DNA of 63,329 nt, the filler included, from Perkinsus chesapeaki ATCC PRA-425 (taxonomy: Eukaryota > Protista > Perkinsozoa), in assembly GCA_013115145.1 (NCBI GenBank). It is 8 parts of 8 records of this genome, joined end to end, with 100 filler letters (N's around TTAATTAATTAA, not from the genome) between each part and the next. Parts side by side here need not be neighbours in the genome. Positions count along the whole stretch, not along the records: positions 1 to 21,354 come from JAAPAO010000597.1; positions 21,455 to 27,389 come from JAAPAO010001118.1; 6 more parts are not named here. The stretch is one strand, 5' to 3'. The notes under the pieces were generated by a model. That model made no database searches. It was not told the DNA's origin and saw only the letters and a program-made list of their open reading frames with translations. Position 1 is the stretch's first letter. Each line of letters begins with the position of its first letter. Of the stretch, positions 12,862 through 25,197 are shown piece by piece. Position numbers and translations under genes: made by a program.

Positions 12862-15800
12862 TCAGTTCGCCTCGACCAGATCGACCTCACCGTCATCAGC
12901 CTTGTGGTCTCCGCGGCATACTGGGCACACAAAACTCGTGCACTCTGGCGAGACATGAGCGCATTTTTGGTGGTACCATTTGTCGCACTTATCGCAAGTG
13001 ATCCAGCTCTCAGTGTCGGTATGCAACGTAGTAGGGACGTTACAGATCTCACACATATCGGTATAGACCTGAGCAAAGAAAGTAAAGGACAGCGAGCAAG
13101 GGACTACGTACTGTCATGAAATGCCGACAGCACTCCACTAGATAGAAGACTCTCATCTGCAAAGTCGATTGGATGTAGTCTTCAACTGGAGGGGCGATCA
13201 CAACATTATCAGCAGCGTGAGGGAGAACCGGCGTGCCCGGTGGGAACTCTGGTGACTCAAAGATATCCAAGCACCGCTGCCCATGGCCGGACCAATACTC
13301 CTGCAATCCAATCATTATTATTATGGACCGTGGAGGTTTCCTACTAGAGTTCGCCTATCCCCAACCCAGGGCCGTGGCCGTGCCTTCTCTGGTTTGAGGT
13401 TGTGCACCAAACACTGGGCCCGCACCCGCCAATCAAATGCTGCCTCTATGGCTGTCACAACTCTGGACTTCAAACGAACGCTCAGAGGGAGGCCATCGAC
13501 CTCCAACAGGACCGCCTGAAATTGTCGTCCGGTATATCACAATGCAGCTTGGTGGTGCTTACCAGCAGGTCATCGATGGTGGTATTCCTAGTGGGCTCTT
13601 TCTCCTGCTCCGCTCCTCCATCAGTGCCATCACTCTTAGAGATCTTAGCTAAATCCAACTCCCAGCTCTCATACTCATGGGCGGCCGACACCAATGGGTT
13701 AGAGCGCGTCGCTGAGAAGAATGAGGGTAGAATGTCTCAGACAGGGTATGCCTTACCGGTCGGGTTGGGCACCAGAACACAGTGCTTATCGAGGACGCTC
13801 CGCACTCTTGACATTGTTTCCCCGATGAGCCATCTAAGCTCTTGGGTCTCCTCCATCTTGAGCCGGACTCTCGAGGAGTAGGCCAGCACTGCCAGGGCTT
13901 CGGACACTAAGCCAGAATGGACATAATAACACCCATGCCGGCTTACTTGTAGACTTTGCCCGCTTCAGTCGCGTCCGGAAATTCACCTTCTCGGACTCTC
14001 GCTGTTCTGCTGCCATTTCGGAAAGTGCCTACATACGTACTCCATCATTCGACATGGCCAATAGTAAGCCTACTCGTCTTTGCTGTCGAATAGCTTCTTC
14101 GATTGGTGCCCGTGTATGAGATACTGGTGGAGCATTCCAAGGCGCCATGTCGAGGATCCTCAAGGATAGAGGCAAATCCTCCACCACAGCCGCCGGCTCG
14201 GGTGACTTCTTGCTTTTCCTGGTGACAGCTGCTGCCTTGCTGCTGAGGGTGCTCGGCAAGAGCGCGGTGTAGAACGGCAACGGGAAGGCATAGTCGGGAG
14301 GCTTATGGTGACCGGCTGGAGGAAGCCTCTCTTGCTTGCTATATCCCTCCAGAGCCTTATCGATCACGTGATCGATATCTGGGTCTACATCTCCATTGCC
14401 AATCTGCTCTTGATAGTCGCATGCTTTAAGGACTTGATTGATTCGGTCCTGATAAGCCTCGGCTTCGGTGACCTCCTTGGATAGTCGCTTCAAGAGATCG
14501 CCGTCACAGGAGAAGTCCATACCTTCCAGCTCCGACAACAGAGGGTTGCTGCCGTCCCCGTCGGGAGGGCTATCATCCAAAGACTAAAACATAATACAGT
14601 CAACCTTTCTCTTAGTGGCATCTCTCGCAGTCGCAGAAATAATAATGTTAAGAACTAGTAATAATACGTTATCGGAAGAGATGTCCGAGAAGTACGAGCA
14701 ATGCTATCTCTTAGCTTCGAACAGCTGCTATATAAACGACGTCCAGGTTGCTGTAATAGAGATTCCTTCCTAGAGGTCTTTCATTTACCACACTCCACCG
14801 CCGCCGCCGCCCCAGACCTACCATAGGGGTCTGCTGCTTGGTAGCAGCAGTCGATGTCGGTGGGGCATGCACGCTCTGACATATATGCCTGGCCTCCTCT
14901 AATGTACAGTTATCCTTCTTAAATGCCTCTCTCAGTCTGCTGTTATCATTCCGTGCTCGAAGCTCAGATGCCAGCCACTTGTCTATTCCAGTCTGTACGT
15001 AAAGGGCCTTTCCCTCAGTCGCCAGCTGGGACAATATCTCTGAGTGGTCCATGGCTTCGCTAGAGTCGGCGCTCTCTGCCACAGTCCGAGCCTGGTGGCT
15101 GGCCTTGATTGCCTCCATTGCCCTTCTTAGGTGCTCCTTAGCTGCCCCTACCTGCGAAGTTAACGAATCAAAATTAAGATGTCAGCATTGAGCACCGACA
15201 TGCTTGTTCAGCGCCACACACTCCTCGCTCTTGTTGATGATCTCCCTAGTAAAGCCAGAGTCATCACCCTCCTCGGGCGGCAGAGTCGCACGAAGTATCT
15301 CCTCAGCAGTCTTCAACATAAGATGCTTCCGCCGAGACCGTCGGCTCTGCAGTAGGGCAAGCCATTGGTCGGCCTCGAAGGTGGCTCGCTGCGTCGCCTC
15401 CGACCAGGAGAACTCGACCGCCAGATGGGTCCGACGGGCAACGTGCTTTCTCAGAGCGGCAAGGGAGAGGTCGCCCACGGGAAGGTGGAGCATCTTATCA
15501 AGGTCACTCTCCCAGTCCTGTAAATCCTGAGCCGCCTTCAACACACCAGAGATGAAGCCAACCTAACAGACTGGTCACCATGGCGGCAGGGGCCAAAAGC
15601 AACCTCGGTACCTGCTCTAGGAAGCCAATGCTGACCAGGCTCATAAGATCCTCATCGGCTTTGATGTCAGTAATGTAGGCATCGACCTCGACACACTGTG
15701 GCTTCTCGGCGTCCGGCAATGGGCTCTCGTTGTCATCCCAGTGGAAGAGGTCCTTGGCTCTTCCTTGCCATTCGGTGAGCCGACTAACCAGCGGTCGGAT

Positions 15801-18788
15801 GGTCCTGGTGATGGACAGTCAATAATAGCAACTGCAACCACCTACTTCTCGAAGCTGACAGTGGCACAGGGGCACTCATCAACACGCCGGAGGAGGTCCA
15901 ACAGGTCCCCGAAGAGCGAGGCATCACCGTTGCACTCCCCGTCGTGGTCGAGCTTCATTCGGCCAAGGAGGTCGCCAGTGGCCTTCTCCAGCTCCTCATT
16001 GGTTGCCTCGATTGCCCTAGCACTCTCCAATGGTCCATCCAAAGATACCAGCACTTGGCTGCACTCAAACAGGACAGCCTCAACCTCCGTCCAGTAGGCT
16101 AACGGCCGAGTCGAGGCCACCCTGGGAAGGAAGGTCAGCCCTTGAGGCTCGGACTAGGTGGTGATTAACTTACGCAGTAACATGCTTCGCTCCGCTAAGA
16201 ATCGCTTGCATTATCGCAATAACGTCCCATTCACCGCCTATGCCTTCTTTGATAGCCCCGCTCTGGGTCACTTCAGTGGGATGACTAGGTCTCCGATTGG
16301 GCCACCCAAAGAACCAGGATGGCAGGGCCGATGCAAGGTACTCAGTAGCCTGGTGGGAGAGCCAATCAAACACTTCGATAAGGCTACTGGACCGACCTGG
16401 CGGATCGCTGCTAGAGTGGCCTCTGGAAGGGCACTGCTGTCGTTAAGGACAGCGAGCTCCTCTCGTGTGGATACCATGGCCTTCAGAGCAGGAGGAAGGT
16501 CGGCATACAAAGCCTCCACTTCTTGCATCGACACTGGCATCTGAGATCAACTTCCCTCGGGCCGCCGTCGCCGGCAGCAGCAGCATCGTCCTTCTTACCC
16601 CAGCGCCTTCGGTAACAATATTTCTCACTCTATTAGCCCACACCTCCTCTCTGGCTGCACCAACAAGGACCTTCAAATGCTCCTCTGGATGGGCACCTGC
16701 GATGCCTCCAGATAGGAACTTGGACAGTAATGACACGAGTCTCTTAAGGATCGCAATTGGCCGAGGGAACTGACATGGAGCATCTGCTGTACGCGGGTAG
16801 CTGGGACTAGTATCGGACCCTACCTGAGCCTCTCGAACTGCATCCCTAACCTTGCTCTGCCATTTCCTCGTCTTATCTATGACAGTCTGCACGTCCCGCT
16901 CCAGGGTGATATCCCTCAAAGACAAGCTCTTCACCCGTTCCATCAAAGCCTCCAACTCTTCCAAGCCCGGCAGCTCATCCGCTCGCGGCTTAACCTCGTC
17001 GTTGAACTTCTCCACCAGACCAGTAAGCTCGCCAAGAATGGCCAGGTCACCATCCTCCTCCTCCTCTGATGGAGTGCTTGGAGCATCCTTCCTCCGTCGC
17101 TTAGGTGTCGGCGGCGACTCCGATCCCAGCCGTTGGACAGCCTTCACCCTATCCAAGGCTGCCAGTGCATCTTGTGTCCATTCCTGACATGATGCCACTG
17201 CTTTGGTGAGCTCCTCTATCTGCTGAGTAAAGTCGATAGCCTTGGTGACATCCGACTCCATAGCCTCCTCCACCACAAGTTGACCATCGGATGCCGTCGG
17301 ACAGACCTCGCTGTTCCTCTCGAGTATGAGCAGCCTCTGGACCTTCCTCAACCACTGTCGCCCTTTCCGTATCAACGCCTCCAATTGCTGGGCGGCATGC
17401 GGCACACAAACCCTCGGCAGATCAGAATGTTCCTCCAGCAGGAGAGTGAGCTCATCCAGGGTCCCTCTCGCGGCCAGGTCCTTCTCGTCCGGCTCTCTGC
17501 CATGTTGAAGGGCCGTATCAGCCTTCAAAAAGCCAGTAGCTCGATCCTGCCATGCCCGACCAGCTGTTCTAGCCTCCAATAGGGTCCTGAGCTCCAGACA
17601 GTGCTGTGGGTCTAATTTATCGGTGGCGTTGTCGTCGGCGAGCAAGTGCTCCACTGTACTAAGCGGCAGCTGGGAGCGTCTGCCATGCAGCTTGGTTTGG
17701 GCTCGGGAGGCCCACTCACTGATGGTGACGTGGTCTCTTAGCCGATCAATCTTAGGTCCGAGGTCGACGTCCATGCCCTCATCCTCGTACAGGACGATCT
17801 GGCATGACTCGAGGCAGTTGGCTTGCGTTGCCTCTCGGAGCTTCTCGGCAAGGAGCCGAACAAGCTCCTGTTGTTGAAGCAAATATCTGAATAAACGAGT
17901 GCCCAACAGCGGAGCGAAGCACGACAAAGCACCTCATCTCCGGCTCGGGGACCACTCTCAAGGCAAGGCCCTCCACCACCAAGTCTCGCAGCGTCGGCAG
18001 TGACATAAGATTGTCGTTTGGCGCCGGTTTGGCAGCCCTCACCTTCATGGCAAATGCCTCGGCCTTCGTTACCATCTTCTGTACATCAGTGACCTAACAC
18101 CACCAAATGCAAATAGGATCATCGGGCTCATCCCCACCTCCTTATGAAGTGAGCCAATGCCTCGGTCCAAGGACCGCCCCTCTGTGAGTAGCTCCTGAGC
18201 CTCTCTTATGCCCATCTGTCGACTACTAGATGACGCGGCTCCCTCCCCCAGTAGTCTCCTCGCCTTCACCGTCCACTGTTCTAGCCTGTCTACTTCATGC
18301 TTCAGGACGTGCACTTCCATAGGCTCCCAAGGCACGCGCTTTCGTGAGCTTTCAGATGCCAGTGTAGCAGCTAGGTTGCCTTCTTGAGCCAGCTCCAAGG
18401 CTTGGGACGGCAAAGCGAATGGCGGCTTTGGTTTTAATTTCTCGTCAGCCAGGCGGATGACCCTGTCACAACTGACCTTGGCCAGCGGGCCCAAGTGCCC
18501 TGGGACTAGGCCTTGTACCATGACTGTGAGGTCCTCGTTGGCCGGCATCGCCAAGCTCGGCTGCGTGGAGCCCCCTCTCTTGGCAGCAACAGGTGGATAA
18601 TGGTCTCGTGACCGGGATGGCGGCAAGACTGATGGTACAACGTTGAAGTGTTCGTGGCGCGTTCTTTTATGCGGTAGTAGGCGGATGTCGCCGTCCAGTG
18701 GTGGCCGATGGTGATGATGATGATGTTTCGACCGCGGGGTCGATCGGCCATCTATAGTAGTGGTCTCAGTAGAGGATACAGACGCCAT
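12862..18788 (-). CDS. Large nuclear protein with PLU-1-like helical repeats and C-terminal PHD finger (multi-exon)
   Basis: Terminal C4HC3 CEIC...CDKCDKWYHQKC...CPVC; repeated W-x3-A-x2-L helices (EQWTVKARRLL, RQWLRKVQRLL, FDWRVRAQCLV). Confidence 0.72.
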
Positions 18789-19253
18789 TAAAGACTACCC
18801 GCTCAAAGTGCGGGCTCAACTGGAAGGAAATATAAATAGCGTTTCGAAGGGCAGCTAACCGATGCGGAACTGGGGCTCGTCGCGCGCGCCCGATACACGC
18901 TCCAGCACGCTCCGAACCACCACTAGTATGAAGGATAGTGCCCTTCAAACAAGTTAAGAAGTCCCCCTCCCCGATAGAGCAGCGCGCAAATAAGCAATGA
19001 GGAGCTGTATAGTAGAAAGCGAGGAGCTACATCGGGGCCTAAATGGGTGCATAAAGGGGACCACCGAGCGCAACACCAACCTCTAACAAAGGCGAACGAT
19101 AATAATAAATGGATAACAGGACATTATGCTACAACTCACTCAAGAGTATTCAAATCAGTTCGAAGAAGAAGCAGCTCCTTCAGCGGCATCAACTGCCTTG
19201 TTGTCGTCAAGCCGCCGCTGATTCTTAGGTGGAGGGCCTCTCTGAAAGTGTTA

Positions 19254-19949
19254 TCACTGACAATATCCATCAACGTCGTCGACAGTCGCGCCGGAGGTCA
19301 CCTTGTCACCTTCTCCTTTATGATGTCGCCGATGTTGGCCACATTCCTTCCTCTTCCCAGTAGCGGCACCATCTTTATTTCCCTCACTCCCCTCATCAGA
19401 TGACGATGAGGATGAGGATGATGACGACTCGCCGAAGGGCCTTGGTTTGCGATAGATACAACACTTCTTTGACTTCTTTCGTTTCATATTCTCATTGTCG
19501 ACCGTACCTGGCAATCTCTATCCTCGACAGCAGCCGGCTCATGGTATAAGGCGACTGTTCAAGCAGCATTCCAGGGGTCCCTCACGATGCGAAAAATGTC
19601 CATGTATTCCCCCTAGCGTTAAATGGCCGCGTTACTAGGTCCCGCTGCCAATGTATTTAAGTGTGCGCCTTTTCATTTGCTGTGTTCTGTTCTAAACATA
19701 CAGCGCAAGACTAAATAATAACAGGTCCGAACACCACTCCGCGTTTCACTCGGACAGCGTTAATAAGGTTGCTATCGATGAGCAAGCGGAGACTGATAGC
19801 TGCTGCTGGTGCTCACCTTCTGCCCAGTGAACGTTGTGCTGCTCATCCTCATCCTCCTCACTCCCTCGAATCGACAGAGTCACTGTTGTGGTGTTACCCG
19901 TTTCTGTGGTCGTGGTCGTCGCAGAGGATGTTGCTCCGCTCAACGTCAT
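19254..19949 (-). CDS. PPP1R11: Protein phosphatase 1 inhibitor-3 (Ypi1/PPP1R11); exons 19949-19817 and 19507-19254
   Basis: Spliced [26 protein letters not shown] followed by a Ser/acidic tract. Confidence 0.92.
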
Positions 19950-20572
19950 GATGTTATATTACCTACAGAGGCAGCATCAAACGGTATCACTTTATAACTC
20001 AACCAGTAGGGGGACATCAGACTCATAAGCAGCAATATAGTGACGATTCTATTATCAATGGTCTCACATCTGACGAGATACAACAGCAACGACGCTATGA
20101 TACTTTCAAGTACAGCAGACCTGGTATCAACATGAACAAGCCTGTGCGATTATAGACTAGATTATTAACAGACAACAATAAGACTGGCAACTCTTAGAGA
20201 GCCGCCGCTTTGGTAGTAGCTTGGTTCAACACCTTTGCCTTGACAACCTGGCTGCGGAGGGGGGACTATTTTACAGGAGCCAATAAACAGTGAGCACACT
20301 TCTGGTGGACTACTTAATAATAGAAGAGCAAGTTCCACCCTTACGGACCAGATCTGGTATTACCTCCATTGCGAACGAAACGACAAATAAGCGCCGGGGA
20401 ACTAATCGACGCAGTAGTAGTGCCCTCTACCATCCTTCCCTACTAAGAACGAATAGTAGCTCGACAGCAGCGGCGAGTAGAAGACCAATAAGGCGCTGTG
20501 GTGGGATAGGTCGAAGAGATATAAACATAATAGCAGCATGGTGATTACATAAAATAAACGATACACGGTAAA

Positions 20573-20857
20573 TTATACAGTAGTGACGACCGAGTCCCGA
20601 GGCTGGGGAGTAGGTTGCTCATCTTTACCATAATAATCGGATATTTTGATCTCACGCTCGACAACGATCCATCGACGACCAACCAGACCGAAGACGGCAA
20701 TGAGGCTACCAACGATAATGATGCTACCGACAACTACACCACTGAGGTGCCACACCAGGGCAGTAATAAGAGCGGCAACGGCAAAGCTGACAATAACTAA
20801 TAGCCAAAGAACCAATAACACAACGGCTGCTGTGAAGGTTATATGAAGGCGCTCCAT
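20573..20857 (-). CDS. Small hydrophobic membrane protein (may have further 3' exons to ~20170)
   Basis: ATG at 20857; two long hydrophobic stretches; no family recognised. Confidence 0.42.
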   Translation of the reverse strand: MERLHITFTAAVVLLVLWLLVIVSFAVAALITALVWHLSGVVVGSIIIVGSLIAVFGLVGRRWIVVEREIKISDYYGKDEQPTPQPRDSVVTTV

Positions 20858-21354
20858 GGTAGGGGGAACGAAAAGGGAAAAGTTAACAGAAATGCTGCAC
20901 AAGAAATGTCTATCAATCTCATTCCTCTAGCGGTTAGCTATATATTAGGGAGAGATCTAATAGAGACAGTGCGACTAGCCGGTACCACAACAACCTCGAA
21001 TATATCCTAAAGCACGACTATAATAAGAAATCCATCGACAACTGTGATGAGAAGCCGAAGTCCGTGAAGTAGTGCTGGGTGACAGAATCGAAGCTAGCTG
21101 TTGTCACAGAACTTGTGCCAAGATATGACGCTAAGCGGTTTGGAAGGGAAGGCTCGGACGCAACAAGGTTGAAGGGTAGAAATACTAGATAGATATGAGC
21201 AAATGTTGCCAAGGTAATACTAACAATAATTTTACATCAACTAAAGCGATACTCGATTGACTTCGTCTTCATCGCTGCTCTTAGTGTAGATGCATGACGT
21301 TTGTATATCTGTGATACTTCGCTTCGCTCATGCGAGCGCGGTTTCATTTCCGTT

Positions 21355-21454
21355 NNNNNNNNNNNNNNNNNNNNNNNNNNNNNNNNNNNNNNNNNNNNTT
21401 AATTAATTAANNNNNNNNNNNNNNNNNNNNNNNNNNNNNNNNNNNNNNNNNNNN
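21355..21454. other. Assembly linker (44 N + TTAATTAATTAA + 44 N)
   Basis: Six-frame-stop spacer at 21399-21410. Confidence 0.98.
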
Positions 21455-22318
21455 GGTTCTGTCAAATGGGATGGATTGATGATCTGTTAAATGGAGATGA
21501 AGCACGTTGAGTTTCACGGCGGACATCGCATCGACTGTGCGTAGGAGAGCACGCAGTGAGATGAAGTGACGTGACACATCCACCATGACTCCTCGATGCT
21601 CGAATGAGGGCCAATCGTTCAGAGAGAAAGGAAGGCCTATGCCGGAGATATGACAATGACCATCTCCATGACAGTTTATCAGTTGGGTGAGGGACTCCAT
21701 TCCTCGAATTGCACCGACCCAGCTCTCAGCTGTGATGGTGCAACATACATTATGATTAGATTCACCATCGTGGCACATATCCATCGAAAGCTCATATGCC
21801 TCAGAAAGTCTTTCTATGGCTCGAGCATCAAATGAGCTTTCAGGAAAGTCTATCCGGATATTAGTAAGTTGTAGGGTTCCTACAACTTCACTGTCACGAC
21901 CTTTGCTGGTAGTTCGATAGAGAAGTCGTTCCCGAAAAGCCCTGAACTCTGGCCGTTCATCTATGTCAATGACCAAGCTCGGCGACAATGTGATGGAACT
22001 CGCATTGGGGTGGCCCATAGACAGACGCTTCGGCTTGGGCCACAGTCTGAGCTTCTCCGAAACGACCATAGTCTGATCGTCGGGCTGGGGATTATGTTCT
22101 CGAATTTCGGCCGATGATCTCGCAGTGCTGGTAGCAGCCGAAGGATCAAGGAGAGCGATAAGAGCGAACCTGATCGAGATATACCGTTGCTGTGTTTTTA
22201 GAATGATTGGCGACTGATTCTTAACCACTTACCTCGTAATTTGGCCAGAGAGCAGAATGCGGAGGGCGGCGGTGATAAGGGCAACTCTGCTGGTAAAACG
22301 AGTCGTGAAAATCATCAT
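21455..22318 (-). CDS. Beta-hexosaminidase (GH20), 5' part, cut by contig end
   Basis: LWPKP; DWPSFEHRGVMVDVSRHF; LNVLHLHLTD; short signal-like first exon from ATG 22318. Confidence 0.9.
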
Positions 22319-22751
22319 GAAAACGAGCGAGGACAACTCAAACCAAACAACAATGAACACCCTTCACTCCAAGAACAGGATATTGACCGATTGGATTGTA
22401 ATAACGGTACAGTGCAGCTGGGCGGTCATCTCACATACAGCCGTAGCGCTGTACACATCGATATTAAAGTCAACTTGACTTGGTCAAGTTGGAGCGCCAC
22501 AAACGATATGAACGGGGGAGAGCGGACGTCGCTAGACCCTGGAGGCTAGAATGTTGAGGGTCTTTAGAGTGTGGAAAGAGTGTCGTTTACTTCAGTAGTA
22601 CCACTTCTGTGAGCTAGGAGCTCAGAGCCTACACCAAGGTAGAACACAAAGTCCAAGGGATGATAGAAAAAATGCAATATCAAATATGGCTCGGTAGAGC
22701 GCCTATTAGAGCAATGACAGAAACTTTAAGACCATCCGTGGTGTTTCATTA

Positions 22752-23679
22752 TCATTGTTTGAATATTAAGCAGCCGAGTTTGACTGGGGCCAACACCACA
22801 AGTATCAACGTCTCAATGAATACGTAGAGGAGGGTAATACTGAAGATAGCTAGCATTAGACGAGGGATGATACCGACAGGTAGGACCTGGTGATGCCAGC
22901 AAAGGGCAGCAGAGCGAAAACATGATATACTTACAATTCTTGTTCCGAAAACATGGGCATCAAGATATTCTTGAACGGCCCGGAAGAGGAGATCGGAATA
23001 AGACTCTCCAGAAGACAAGCGCTCAGACGTTTCCGGAAGTACAGCAAGGACGGCATTCTGGGAGAAGATTCAGGAAATCGGAGAAGCTATGAGCTTACAG
23101 ATGTTGCCGAGATGAGGGGAGCAGTTATGTTCTTGGTGGCCGATAGGATCCTGGTGGATGCCACCATGCTGAGCATATTATCAAAAACTTCCTCCAGATT
23201 GACATCAGTGAGCAGCTTGCGTCGTCCCCCACCCTCCGCTACTTCGCAGGCTGAAGGCGTCCTTGCTCAGGTCTACCTCGACTGTGGCCTACCTTGAACT
23301 CGCTCTTCCAGGTCCTGCATCGTCGATTCTAACTCGTTAAGGGTGACTATCTTCTGATTCAGTTCATTATGCACTGCTCCTAAGCTATCTGCATGTGTGA
23401 GTGACATAGCCTGCAAGGAGAAGATGGTCGGGAGTGTAGGCATTACTACGCCTACTTCTAGATGTTTGGTGAGATGAGAGACTTGTGCGTTCAATGCTTC
23501 ATTCTGAACAACACACTTCAATAAGGATCAGCACAGTAGTCAAACCGGTCTACTTGAGCCCGACATGCCCCTAGTTCAGTGGGCTTCGTAACGGCACTTT
23601 CAGGAACCCCCTCGGCTTGGTATTCACCGAAGCTGCTGGCTAAGGATAAAACGAGTACAAGCATGCCAGTGTACAACAT
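22752..23679 (-). CDS. Hypothetical protein: signal peptide, coiled coil, C-terminal TM (multi-exon)
   Basis: MLYTGMLVLVLSLASS start; heptad-rich exon; hydrophobic last exon. Confidence 0.5.
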
Positions 23680-23729
23680 AGGGGTGACCGGGATGATATA
23701 GAAAGCTGAGAAATACTGTGATCGCCGCC

Positions 23730-24335
23730 TTACAAAAACTCGATGCCAGAGAAGCAGGAAACAACCTCGGTAATCGAATGGCCACCGATACCCCTCCAAC
23801 TGAGGTAGGCATTCCACCCAACATCAACGATACAGTCCCAGGTGGGCCTGGCCGCCGGGAGGATCTTCTGGACTACTGTGAAGTTGAATGCATCGGATGG
23901 AGGCCACACGAACCACGAAGCCAGATAGGCTTCGGCCCACTTTGTCTCGGTCGCCTCGCGAGCACGGCTGATAGATTCGCTGAACGGTTGACCAAGTAGG
24001 AGCCGGTGGAACATCGTGGACAGAAACAGAAACGATGGTACAGATATTGGCATGTAAATGAATTGCATAGCCAGCACCTTCCGACTTACCACTCGAAAGG
24101 TAGGCTTCGTTCCGATGTGCTTGTCGAGTGCGTTATAGAAGACAGTCAAAGGCACACCATTGAAAAGTGGACCACACAGCGAGACGGCCGCTATCCTCGC
24201 CTTGTCGATTTTTTCACTTTTCTCGGCTTTCTGCGCGAACCAGTCACTCAGGGCGAAAAACAACAGTGATGAAGCCGAGTTGGCGAGCACCGGTGATCTT
24301 TGGTATACGCGGGCCAAGGCAGCAGCCACCACCAT
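23730..24335 (-). CDS. Mpv17/PMP22 family membrane protein, copy A
   Basis: LANSASSLLFFALSDWFAQ; WFVWPPSDAFNF; WNAYLS. Confidence 0.88.
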   Translation of the reverse strand: MVVAAALARVYQRSPVLANSASSLLFFALSDWFAQKAEKSEKIDKARIAAVSLCGPLFNGVPLTVFYNALDKHIGTKPTFRVVSRKVLAMQFIYMPISVPSFLFLSTMFHRLLLGQPFSESISRAREATETKWAEAYLASWFVWPPSDAFNFTVVQKILPAARPTWDCIVDVGWNAYLSWRGIGGHSITEVVSCFSGIEFL

Positions 24336-24464
24336 TGGCAGAAAAATACTAGGAAAAGCATCGCTCTAGGAAAAGCATCGCTCTAAGGTGTTCTCCCCAA
24401 CTCCTTTGTGAACGCTACACGCCATCAGGGATATTAAACAGTAATTACACATCTGTCATGATGA

Positions 24465-25085
24465 TTATTTAAAAACTTCAGTTAGTGAGTGCCCCCCTAT
24501 ACCTCGCCAACTGAGGTAAGCATTCCATCCTACCATAATCACACCATCCCATGTTGGCCGGGCGCTGGTCATTCGCTTTTGAACGATGGTGAAGTTGAAA
24601 GAGTCGGATAGAGGCCAAACGAACCAAGATGCCCAATAAGCTTCCTTCCACCGAAGCCGTGTCGATTCCCAAGCTTCCGAGCATGCCACACTCGGCCGCT
24701 GTCCCTTGAGGAAGGCGTTCAATGACGATGATAAGAAGATGAAGGCCGGGACAGAGAAAGGCATGTAGATGACTTGCATGAAGATTATCTTACGAGATGC
24801 AACCTTGAGGCTGTGGCCCGATCCAAGGACCCGGTCTAACACTCGGTACAGTTGTGTGAGGCATACACCACTGAGAAGTGGGCCACAGAGAGCGACAGAT
24901 AACACACGGCATTTGTCGGTTTTTCTATCAGTAGTTCCGTTGCTCTCTGCCCGCTGTGCAATGAGATCACTGAGACCGTAGCAAGTGAAGGAAGTCACCG
25001 AGTTAGCCAGCATCGGCGATACAGCGTAGATCTGTTTGATGCTCGAACGGAGACGCGCACCAAGCCGAGGGTACGAAAACGCCAT
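24465..25085 (-). CDS. Mpv17/PMP22 family membrane protein, copy B
   Basis: LANSVTSFTCYGLSDLIAQ; WFVWPLSDSFNF; WNAYLS. Confidence 0.88.
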   Translation of the reverse strand: MAFSYPRLGARLRSSIKQIYAVSPMLANSVTSFTCYGLSDLIAQRAESNGTTDRKTDKCRVLSVALCGPLLSGVCLTQLYRVLDRVLGSGHSLKVASRKIIFMQVIYMPFSVPAFIFLSSSLNAFLKGQRPSVACSEAWESTRLRWKEAYWASWFVWPLSDSFNFTIVQKRMTSARPTWDGVIMVGWNAYLSWRGIGGHSLTEVFK

Positions 25086-25197
25086 TATGGCAAACAGCTA
25101 ACACTACAAACTCCTACCTGCTTCAACTCGAGCGTTGATTGACTACATGTAGAAACTGTATTCTAATTACATCCCGTATGATCAGACCTCATGATGG

